The notes beneath the pieces were generated by a model, which was not told the DNA's origin, did no database searches, and saw nothing but the letters and a program-made list of their open reading frames with translations. A program made the translations under genes and the position numbers. DNA of 63,989 nt, filler included, from Candidatus Babelota bacterium (GTDB lineage Bacteria > JAGOBX01): assembly GCA_017999075.1 (NCBI GenBank). It is 9 parts of 9 records of this genome, joined end to end, with 100 filler letters (N's around TTAATTAATTAA, not from the genome) between each part and the next. Parts side by side here need not be neighbours in the genome. Positions count along the whole stretch, not along the records: positions 7,375 to 14,625 come from JAGOBX010000172.1; positions 14,726 to 21,966 come from JAGOBX010000173.1; 7 more parts are not named here. One strand, written 5' to 3'. This document shows positions 10,586 through 18,851 of this stretch, in pieces; the stretch's first letter is position 1; the number at the start of each line of letters is the position of its first letter.

Positions 10586-11635
10586 TTAAAATTTTTTTAC
10601 TTTGAATTTTTCTTCAAGTTTAAAAAAAGCATCCACTACATCTGGTGAGAAATGCTTTCCTTTTTGTGAAGATATGTATCTAATAGCTTCTTTATGTGCC
10701 ATTTTATCTTTATAAACTCTTTTGCTTGTTATAGCATCGTAAACATCAGATAATGCTACAATACAAGCGCTTATAGGTATTTCTGTTCCTTTTAATCCTA
10801 AATGATATCCTGTGCCATCCCATTTTTCGTGATGAAAATAAGCTATTTCTATAGCCAGGTCAATAATATGATAGGATGAAATATTTTTTTTACATTGTTC
10901 AAGCATCCTTCCTCCATTAATAGTGTGGAGCTTTATGAATTCAAATTCTTCTCCAGTTAATTTATCCGGTTTTAACAGAATCGCGTCTCTTACGCATATT
11001 TTTCCGATATCGTGAAGAGCGCTTGCCAATGAAATATTTTCAATGAATTCAGGAGTAATAATATACTGATAGTTTGGATTGTAACTTAATTCTTCAGAAA
11101 TTATTTTTGAAAAATAACTTATATTTTCAAGATGGGGGCCTGCATCGTTATCCCGGGTTTCAACTAAGGAAGCTAACGTATATATCAAAGCAAAATGAGT
11201 TTCGGATAATTCTTTGTTTTTGTTTTCAATTATACATTCAAGCTTGGCGTTATATTGAGACAAACTTTTGGAATATTGAAGATATTTTAAATGGTTTTTT
11301 ACTCTGTAATAAAAATCTTTTTTATCTATAGGCTTAACAATATATTCTGCAGCACCAAGTTTAAAACAATTTACTTTTGCATTTGTGTCGTCAATTGAAG
11401 TAACTATCAATACAGGAATTTTTGATGTATTAATCATTTTGAGAATATTTATACCATCGCCCGAGTTAAATGCAATGTCAAGAATAATTAAATCAGGATT
11501 ACCGCTGAGTAATGTTTTTTTTATATTTTCCAGATTCGAATTGAAAATAGTTATGTTTCCTGAATTTTCAGAAACAATATTCTGAATTTGCTCGGCATCA
11601 TCGATATTATCATCAATTATTATTATTTTATACAT
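10586..11635 (-). CDS. Response regulator with receiver and HD-GYP c-di-GMP phosphodiesterase domains (RpfG-like)
   Basis: IIIIDD, DLIILDI and KP receiver motifs; LHDIGKI, HHEKWDGTGYH and DVYDAITSKRVYK; ATG at 11635 preferred. Confidence 0.88.
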   Translation of the reverse strand: MYKIIIIDDNIDDAEQIQNIVSENSGNITIFNSNLENIKKTLLSGNPDLIILDIAFNSGDGINILKMINTSKIPVLIVTSIDDTNAKVNCFKLGAAEYIVKPIDKKDFYYRVKNHLKYLQYSKSLSQYNAKLECIIENKNKELSETHFALIYTLASLVETRDNDAGPHLENISYFSKIISEELSYNPNYQYIITPEFIENISLASALHDIGKICVRDAILLKPDKLTGEEFEFIKLHTINGGRMLEQCKKNISSYHIIDLAIEIAYFHHEKWDGTGYHLGLKGTEIPISACIVALSDVYDAITSKRVYKDKMAHKEAIRYISSQKGKHFSPDVVDAFFKLEEKFKVKKF

Positions 11636-11674
11636 TGTTTTTTTATCTAAAAGAACAGATGAAAACAATTATTT

Positions 11675-12832
11675 TTAAAATGACGCTGATAATTTTGTAT
11701 AAATATCATAACCGTCATAACTTGAAACAATTTCAGGGGAAACTTTTTTTGTAAAATAACGGATTCCTGTAGATAAATTGAATTTTATTTTTTTATAAGA
11801 AAAAAGATAATTGTGTTCGGCATTATAATCAAGAAGTTTATCTACAGGATAAATATCAGTTAAATCCGAATAATTTTTTCTTGAAAATTTTGATGTAAAA
11901 TTAATGTTTTGATATTCGTTGAACTTATAAGTTAATTTTATTTTAAATTCTGAAAGTTCGTAATATCTATTATCATATGACAATGTTGCCGAAGTATCAT
12001 ATTCAAGTATATAATTTTCGCATATATCGAAATTATAATTCATGAATAAATATAGTTTTTTTGTAAGTGAAGTGTTTATACTGAAATTAAATAATGTTTT
12101 AGTAACATCTTCTGCAGAAACATAATTTTTTCTCTGGACAATAAATTCTGAGGTTCCTTCTACCTTATCAGATAAATTTCCTTTAAATCCGGCAGACAAT
12201 GAATATTCTTTATTGTCCTGTAAATCTTCAAAATCATAAACAATGTCAGTGTAAATAGTTTTGAAAATCAGACTGGTTTTCCCGTAAAAATTGTTTGAAA
12301 ATATTATTGAAACTGATTTTTCTTTTCTGTCAGAATACATTATTTTTTTGTAATCCAAATCTTTGTAATTAAAATTCATTTCTATTTCAGAGTTATTGAA
12401 AATATTTTTTGAAAATCCTGTATGAAATCCGCGCATATAATAATCTGTTTTCATATTAGATATTCCCACTTCAAAATCTTCATAATTTTTATTGAAAATT
12501 CCTCCTGCAAAAATATTGATTTGATTTGAAATGTATTTTATTTTTGGTGAAATATTAATAATTTTGTAATCATCAAATTCTTCATTAAATTCTTTAGAGA
12601 ATTGTACAGGGTTATTAAAAATAATGTTTGAATCAGTATAATTTAATGAAATATTTAATCCATAAGATAAAGAGGTTATAGATTTTTTTGAATTTGAATG
12701 CTCATAATTTGAAGAATTTTTATAAGATAAATCAACTGATTTTGCTGATATATCAATTTCTCCAGAATATATTTTTGGAATATATATTAGAATAATAAAA
12801 AGTATTGTGATAATAGTTGAAATTTTTTTCAT
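11675..12832 (-). CDS. Putative outer-membrane beta-barrel protein
   Basis: Signal peptide, alternating aromatic/hydrophilic beta-strand pattern and C-terminal Phe (TKLSASF). Confidence 0.6.
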   Translation of the reverse strand: MKKISTIITILFIILIYIPKIYSGEIDISAKSVDLSYKNSSNYEHSNSKKSITSLSYGLNISLNYTDSNIIFNNPVQFSKEFNEEFDDYKIINISPKIKYISNQINIFAGGIFNKNYEDFEVGISNMKTDYYMRGFHTGFSKNIFNNSEIEMNFNYKDLDYKKIMYSDRKEKSVSIIFSNNFYGKTSLIFKTIYTDIVYDFEDLQDNKEYSLSAGFKGNLSDKVEGTSEFIVQRKNYVSAEDVTKTLFNFSINTSLTKKLYLFMNYNFDICENYILEYDTSATLSYDNRYYELSEFKIKLTYKFNEYQNINFTSKFSRKNYSDLTDIYPVDKLLDYNAEHNYLFSYKKIKFNLSTGIRYFTKKVSPEIVSSYDGYDIYTKLSASF

Positions 12833-12883
12833 GATATTTTCCTCTTTTATTTTATAAGCCGATAGTAGCTCGACTTTATAATT

Positions 12884-13753
12884 TTAAATTTTTGATAAAA
12901 TATCCGGGATTAATTCTTCTGAATTTATAGCCATAATATGAACTCCGTCAAGTATTTTTTTTATTTCACGTATGTTTTCTGCGCATATTTTAATTCCTTC
13001 ATTCAACTGGTTTTCAGATTTTGTTATACGTTCTATTATGCTTTCTGGAATTGTTACACCAGGAATTTTTTTCATGAATTCGATCATTTTTAATGATTTT
13101 AAAAGAAAAACTCCTCCAATTATTTTTATATTGTTTCTTAATCCATTTTGTTCAAGATAATTTACAAGATTTTTAAAAGGCTGCATATCAAAAGCTACTT
13201 GTGTTTGAAAAAAATAAGCGCCTGCTTCAATTTTTTTTTTCATAGGTATCATTTGAAGCTCTATAGGTTCAACTGTGGGATTTACAACTGCGCCTATACA
13301 GAAATCAGTTGAACCGTCAAGATTATTTCCTGACATGTCTCTTCCGGAATTGAGTCCTGATGCAGCATGAATTAATTGGGTTGAATCTAAATCGTATACT
13401 GGTTTAGCATCAGGGTGATCTCCATTTTTAGGATGGTCACCACTTAAAATTAAAAGATTTTTTATATTTAAAACAGAAGCCGCCAATAAATCGGATTGAA
13501 GTGTAAGCCGATTTCTGTCTCTGCATGTTATTTGATAAATTGGTTCTATTCCGGAATCAAGCAATATCTTTGATACGCCCAAAGCACCAAGGCGCATACA
13601 AGCTCTTTGATTATCAGTAACATTTACCCCATCAACATAACTTGTTAAAATTTCTGCTTTTTTTTTAAGATTGGAAACATTTACTCCTTTTGGAGGAAAT
13701 ATTTCTGCTGTAATAATAAACTTTTTAGTTTTATACAATTCATTTAGCTTCAA
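12884..13753 (-). CDS. metF: 5,10-methylenetetrahydrofolate reductase
   Basis: AEIFPPKG, NVTDNQRA, TCRDRNR, LSGDHP, VYDLDS, KKKIEAGAYFFQTQ and GVHIM. Confidence 0.92.
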   Translation of the reverse strand: MKLNELYKTKKFIITAEIFPPKGVNVSNLKKKAEILTSYVDGVNVTDNQRACMRLGALGVSKILLDSGIEPIYQITCRDRNRLTLQSDLLAASVLNIKNLLILSGDHPKNGDHPDAKPVYDLDSTQLIHAASGLNSGRDMSGNNLDGSTDFCIGAVVNPTVEPIELQMIPMKKKIEAGAYFFQTQVAFDMQPFKNLVNYLEQNGLRNNIKIIGGVFLLKSLKMIEFMKKIPGVTIPESIIERITKSENQLNEGIKICAENIREIKKILDGVHIMAINSEELIPDILSKI

Positions 13754-14409
13754 GAATTCACCTTTTTATTGAATTTATTGGGTTTTGGATATTTCGCAAA
13801 ATCTTTAGGTTTAATATGTTCATTAAGATTACCGGTTTGATTTAATTCATTTAATCGGCGTATTATTGCTGCCCATGCACAATCATTATCAGGGTTAACT
13901 TCACAATATTTTCCGCTGATAACTCCTCCGCAAGGACCATTCAAAAGTCCTTTTGCGCATCTTGTAACTGGACAGATCCCTCCTGTTTTTGAAAGTATGC
14001 ATGATCCGCATAATGAACAATATTCATTATAGATTCCAAGACGTTTTAAAGAACCGAGAAAAACCCCATTAAGCCCTGCAATGATTTTTTTTGAAGGCAA
14101 TACATCTGCTATAACAGAAATTCCTGCGCCGCATGATAATACTATTATCGCAGTGCAATTGTTAATTTGTTGGATATTTTTTTTTAATTCGATTTTAGAT
14201 ATACGTTCGTCACATGGAGGATCCAAAACTATCTGGCCGGTAATTTCATAACCCTTTTTACTAAAAAACTCCACCAATTCTTCAACTTGTTTTTCTCCTC
14301 CTGTTCCACAGGATGTAGCGCATTGGGCACATCCTATAATATAAAGCTTTTCTTCAGGGTTTAGATATTTCAAAATTTCCTCAATAGGTTTCTGCTCGGT
14401 TATTATCAT
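13750..14409 (-). CDS. metV: MTHFR Fe-S subunit MetV (MTHFR_C domain)
   Basis: GCAQCATSCGTGG, SCGAG, CSLCGSC...GGICPVTRCAKGLLNGPCGG and CEV...CAW; overlaps the metF start. Confidence 0.88.
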   Translation of the reverse strand: MIITEQKPIEEILKYLNPEEKLYIIGCAQCATSCGTGGEKQVEELVEFFSKKGYEITGQIVLDPPCDERISKIELKKNIQQINNCTAIIVLSCGAGISVIADVLPSKKIIAGLNGVFLGSLKRLGIYNEYCSLCGSCILSKTGGICPVTRCAKGLLNGPCGGVISGKYCEVNPDNDCAWAAIIRRLNELNQTGNLNEHIKPKDFAKYPKPNKFNKKVNS

Positions 14410-14494
14410 TTTTACTTTTTAATTCCTTTAAATTATATTAAAAACAACACTTTCCATATTTGGCAATTGTGAAAATGAGAATATTAAATTTATT

Positions 14495-14548
14495 AAATGA
14501 ATAATATTCATTTTTTTATAAGTATATATTTTTTTTTATAAAAATCAA
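14495..14548 (-). promoter_or_regulatory. Putative metVF promoter with a palindromic operator at the start site
   Basis: Minus-strand TTGATT (14548-14543), 16 bp, TATACT (14526-14521); perfect palindrome AAATGAATA-A-TATTCATTT at 14495-14513. Confidence 0.4.
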
Positions 14549-14625
14549 CTTGTAATATTGCTGTCAATATTTGTGTTAGAAAAACTGTTTTTTATTTTTT
14601 TGTTTAAAAATTTTAATTTTTGAAA

Positions 14626-14725
14626 NNNNNNNNNNNNNNNNNNNNNNNNNNNNNNNNNNNNNNNNNNNNTTAATTAATTAANNNNNNNNNNNNNNNNNNN
14701 NNNNNNNNNNNNNNNNNNNNNNNNN
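14626..14725. other. Artificial contig linker
   Basis: Same 100-bp N/TTAATTAATTAA spacer. Confidence 0.98.
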
Positions 14726-15571
14726 TTTTAGGACATTAGGTTTATTATTAAAATTAAAAAATATTTTATATTCAAAATTATTGGACAAAAAAGATTCAAT
14801 ATCGTTAAGTATAGTTTCAGATATCTCAAAATAAGCGTTACCGCCGGATTTGATTATTTTGCGAATATGAGGAATAATCTTTTTATAAAATTCGCATCCG
14901 TTGTCTTCTGCAATTAAGGCATGTTTAGGTTCAAACTTAATTTCAGGCTGAAGGTTTTCATATTCATTTTTTTTTATATACGGAGGATTACATACTAAAA
15001 TGTCAATCTCTGAAAAATTATTGGTTTTGTAAAATTCATCTGATAAGACATCCGCATTCAATATTTTAAGTCTGTTCAACAGCGAATAATTTTCTGCGTT
15101 TGTATAAAGAGCTGATAGCGCTGATTCGTCAATATCTGCGGCAATTCCTGAAGTATTTCGTGATTTTTTCATAAGAGGAATTATAATTGTTCCCGGTCCA
15201 GAACATAGATCTAAAATTTTATAATCTGACAATTGATTTCGAAATGAATAATCTGAAAAAATTATATCTATAATCTGTTCTGTTTCAGGTCTTGGAATTA
15301 AACATTTTGAGTTTAAAAATAATGTTACATCATAAAAATCTTTTTTTCCTGTAATATAAGAAACCGGGATTCTGGATCCTCGTTTTAACACAAGTTTTCT
15401 ATAAAAATCAGTTGTTTCTTCGGATGCTTCCTCGTCAAATGATGCTAAAAGTTTTTCTTTATTAATTCCCGAAGCAAAACAATAAAGTATTTCAGCATCC
15501 AGCCTGCCTGATTCAATGCCGTTTTTTTTAAAATAATCAGATGCGCGGTTGAGTAATTCAGATGTTTTCAT
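14726..15571 (-). CDS. prmC: Release factor glutamine methyltransferase (3' end truncated)
   Basis: RLDAEIL, PVSYITGKKDFY, LIPRPETE, LDLCSGPG, CNPPYI and FEPKHAL. Confidence 0.92.
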
Positions 15572-16107
15572 AAAATTGACAGTTGATTAAAATCAGTTAT
15601 AATTTTTTTGTTTTTTATTACGGAAAAATTTTTATCATTATTATTGTTAATATCAAAATTCGGGGGCAGATAAATTATTTTGCTGAAGAAATCAGTAAGT
15701 TTGAACATTTTAAGTTCTTTTTCTGCGAATTGTTTTATGACGGAGCAGACTAAAATCAAATCAAATTTTTCTTTGATTCTTAGTAGAACATCTTTTAATT
15801 CCCGGTTAATTCTTATTTCATTTCTGTCAGCGACTCTTAATTTATAAACCATTTCATCGAACTGCTGTTCGTTTATCATGATATTTTTTATCCCGAAAAA
15901 TTTTTTTATAATATCATATTCGTTTATAGTGTTCAATGCAGATTTTTTAAAATAAGTTTTAAATTCATTTATGTCAAGTTTTATATCGTAGTCGGATTCA
16001 AGATATTTTATGAAAATTTCGAAAGTCAAATCAGAATAATTTTCTGTTTTAACATCAAGAACCGCATTATAACAAAGAATATACAATAACTGTTTTTTTT
16101 GGGGCAT
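15568..16107 (-). CDS. HAD-like fold protein with degenerate motif I
   Basis: C-terminal half (LKDVLLRIKEKFDLILVCS...ELKMFKLTDFFSKII) resembles HAD hydrolases; no DxD nucleophile motif. Confidence 0.45.
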   Translation of the reverse strand: MPQKKQLLYILCYNAVLDVKTENYSDLTFEIFIKYLESDYDIKLDINEFKTYFKKSALNTINEYDIIKKFFGIKNIMINEQQFDEMVYKLRVADRNEIRINRELKDVLLRIKEKFDLILVCSVIKQFAEKELKMFKLTDFFSKIIYLPPNFDINNNNDKNFSVIKNKKIITDFNQLSIL

Positions 16108-16110
16108 TTA

Positions 16111-16848
16111 TTATTTTCCGCCGGACATTGAATTTATATTTGAAGAAATCTGGTATAACAGAATAGCAGTAGATACCGATACATTTAGTGATTCGACTGA
16201 TTTTGAGCCTTTAATGCTGACATAAAAATCAGATAATTTCAAAACATTTTTTTGTATCCCGTCGCCTTCACTTCCTACAATTAAAACAATAGGAGAAGAT
16301 ACATTGATTTCTTCCGGCGAACATCCGCAATCTTTGACAGCGGAATATACTGTAAAATTATGCTGTTTTAATTTTTGTATCGTATTGGCAATATTTGGAA
16401 CAACTGAAAATTTGGCTAAAGCTGACATTCCTGAAGATGTTTTTATAACAGTAGAATTAATAGGTGTCTGTCTGTCTTTAGCTATAATTATGCCTGCTAT
16501 GTTAAAAAATACAGCGCTCCGTATGATTGCACCGAAATTTTGAGGATCGCTTATATGATCTAAAACAAGCAGAATTTTATTTTTATTTTTAGGAGACAAA
16601 GTCTGAATTATCAGTTCATCTATATCCATGATATTAGTCATTTCAATTTCAGCCAAAATATTTTGATGATTTATATTGTTTGATTTTAATTTAGAATAAA
16701 AAAATTTCTGATCGGTTTTACAGACGTTTATCTTAAAATTATTTTCGAAGAAACTTTTAGTTTTATCATCGCATGAAAATAATTTTATAACATCTGATTT
16801 GCGATGTGTAAGATACTCAGTAACAGGATTTTTTCCGTATATAATCAT
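16111..16848 (-). CDS. rlmB: 23S rRNA (G2251-2'-O)-methyltransferase, SpoU/TrmH family
   Basis: IYGKNPV, HQNI, LDHISDPQNFGAIIRSA, VGSEGDGI and ESLNVSVS. Confidence 0.9.
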   Translation of the reverse strand: MIIYGKNPVTEYLTHRKSDVIKLFSCDDKTKSFFENNFKINVCKTDQKFFYSKLKSNNINHQNILAEIEMTNIMDIDELIIQTLSPKNKNKILLVLDHISDPQNFGAIIRSAVFFNIAGIIIAKDRQTPINSTVIKTSSGMSALAKFSVVPNIANTIQKLKQHNFTVYSAVKDCGCSPEEINVSSPIVLIVGSEGDGIQKNVLKLSDFYVSIKGSKSVESLNVSVSTAILLYQISSNINSMSGGK

Positions 16849-16852
16849 GGTT

Positions 16853-17299
16853 TTAGAAAATAATAAAAAATATTAAATTTAAAAGTATTGTTGCTGTTAG
16901 TTCAAAAAAAATTATCCAGAATGGGGGGGTATTGAAAATTTTATCATCAAGCAAATTTCTGTAATCAATAAGTCTTTCATTTTGAGTATAAAAAATGATG
17001 GAAGCAGTCAAAACAGGCAAAAAATTAATTACTGCGAATATTGTAAAAGATAAAGATTCCGTAGAAGAAGAAGCAAAGTAATACAATGCAATAGATAATA
17101 ATGGTATAAGAAGCCTGTATATAAAAAAAATAAAACATTCATTTGATTGAATAGAAGAAGAATCGCTATCATTTTTTTTTATTAAATTAGCAGGTATGAA
17201 CTTGAAAGTATTTTTACAATTAGAACATTCAACCACATCGTTTTCATTTAAAAATTTTGCAGATGTTATCAGTGTTTTACCGCAAAAAACGCATTCCAT
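16853..17299 (-). CDS. Hypothetical membrane protein with N-terminal zinc ribbon
   Basis: CVFC...CSNC followed by three hydrophobic helices. Confidence 0.7.
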   Translation of the reverse strand: MECVFCGKTLITSAKFLNENDVVECSNCKNTFKFIPANLIKKNDSDSSSIQSNECFIFFIYRLLIPLLSIALYYFASSSTESLSFTIFAVINFLPVLTASIIFYTQNERLIDYRNLLDDKIFNTPPFWIIFFELTATILLNLIFFIIF

Positions 17300-17316
17300 A
17301 TTGTTCTCCGTATTTT

Positions 17317-18144
17317 TTATAAAATGTCATCGCTGCTGAACAGTATATCAGGCAAATCAAAAAATTCAATAGTTAAAGATTCGTCTTCCTCAACAGTCAA
17401 TATGCAGTATCCATGAGTATAATTAGGATCTTTTGATAAAGATATTGAAGGAACGCTTATGATTTTAGAACCTTTAACATTAATTTTATCCCCTGGTTTA
17501 ATAAAATCTTTTCTTAACTTTGAACTGTTTATTACATATGCCTGATGATCTGAACCGGTAAAATAAGGGTGTTCGAGAGAAGAATTGAAAATAGCTTCAA
17601 GGTTCTCATCAGGAGTTTTACCTATTTCACTTGATTTTTTTTTCAGCTTGGTTATTTTAGCGTAATATGGGTATTGAACGCTTTCATGAACTGCAGAAAA
17701 ATAAGTGCAATCTATTTTAGACGGAAGTTTAAACAATTTGGAATACAAATCAGGATGATTTATTAATTTTTGATATGCGTTTTCTGCCAGTTCGATATAT
17801 TCTTTTTCATAATTATGTATTTCGTCTTGTTTTACAATAAGCAAATCATGGTTTCCGACTATAGATTTAATAACAGGATTTTTAAAAATATAATCAAGGC
17901 ATTCTATATATCCTGCATGTTCATCCATAATATCTCCAAGATGAATTATATGTTTTACATTTTTTCGCAGCATGATATTTGTAATTCTTTCAAGAGCAAT
18001 TATATTTCCGTGAGAACTTGCATATATTCCCGCTTTTTCTCCTATATTTAAATCAACTGATGCAGTTGAAGGAATGTAATTGTACTGATCAAGATTTAAA
18101 GTGAAAAAATTTTTTATGCTTTGAAACAAATTTTTTATGTTCAT
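17317..18144 (-). CDS. Calcineurin-like metallophosphoesterase family protein (divergent metal site)
   Basis: SSHGN, HLGDI, VGNHD, VHES and GSDH motifs in MPP order. Confidence 0.75.
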   Translation of the reverse strand: MNIKNLFQSIKNFFTLNLDQYNYIPSTASVDLNIGEKAGIYASSHGNIIALERITNIMLRKNVKHIIHLGDIMDEHAGYIECLDYIFKNPVIKSIVGNHDLLIVKQDEIHNYEKEYIELAENAYQKLINHPDLYSKLFKLPSKIDCTYFSAVHESVQYPYYAKITKLKKKSSEIGKTPDENLEAIFNSSLEHPYFTGSDHQAYVINSSKLRKDFIKPGDKINVKGSKIISVPSISLSKDPNYTHGYCILTVEEDESLTIEFFDLPDILFSSDDIL

Positions 18145-18146
18145 AA

Positions 18147-18851
18147 TTAATTTTGACGTAAAACAAAACTTCCTATTGATGATTCTATATTTTTTATATT
18201 TGATTCGTAATATTTTTTGTTTAAAAAAAAGTTTATTTCAATAAATTCGTAAAATATAGGAGCAAAAATAAGTTTTACAGCAATCAACGATTCATTATTT
18301 GATTTTCCATTTGAAAAAATTAAAAATTGATTTATTATAAAAATTTTATTAACAATAAGCTTATCAAATTTTACTGAATATTTTTTTGAATTTTGTTCTG
18401 ATTTGAAAAACGAAATATAATCGGCAAGTTTATTTTCGCTGAATCCTTCAAGTTCGGATACTGTTATATAAGAATTGAGTATTTTATTTGACTGAGTGTC
18501 ATCATCATATACGTTTGAATATACTGAAATGATTTTGTTTTTTACAGAATCAACAGGGTTTAACAATAAATTTATATCTTCTGAAAAAATATTTTGCGTT
18601 GAACTAATTTCTTTAAAGTTTATAGGAATTTTATATAACAGATCATATTTTTCTCTTTTTACCGCATACGTTGCTGGTTCCAAAAGCGTAGTGTCGCTGC
18701 TGAAATCAACAGATATAGGTTGTGTTCCAGCTGCAAAATCAGGGCTTTCCGGAATATTATCATAATTTTCAAAATCCTGATTATTGCAATTTAAATTAAA
18801 AAATAGAACTGTAATCAATATAAAGATAATTCTAAAATTATTAAAAAGCAT
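18147..18851 (-). CDS. Hypothetical lipoprotein
   Basis: Hydrophobic signal ending FNLNC; ATG at 18851 preferred over 18881 to minimise the overlap with glyS. Confidence 0.55.
   Translation of the reverse strand: MLFNNFRIIFILITVLFFNLNCNNQDFENYDNIPESPDFAAGTQPISVDFSSDTTLLEPATYAVKREKYDLLYKIPINFKEISSTQNIFSEDINLLLNPVDSVKNKIISVYSNVYDDDTQSNKILNSYITVSELEGFSENKLADYISFFKSEQNSKKYSVKFDKLIVNKIFIINQFLIFSNGKSNNESLIAVKLIFAPIFYEFIEINFFLNKKYYESNIKNIESSIGSFVLRQN

Noticed and set aside
12853-12880. Hairpin TATAAGCCGA-tagtagc-TCGACTTTATA between metF and the barrel gene
   Set aside because: There is no U tract on the coding (minus) strand, so I cannot call it a terminator, and it is too short for a known riboswitch
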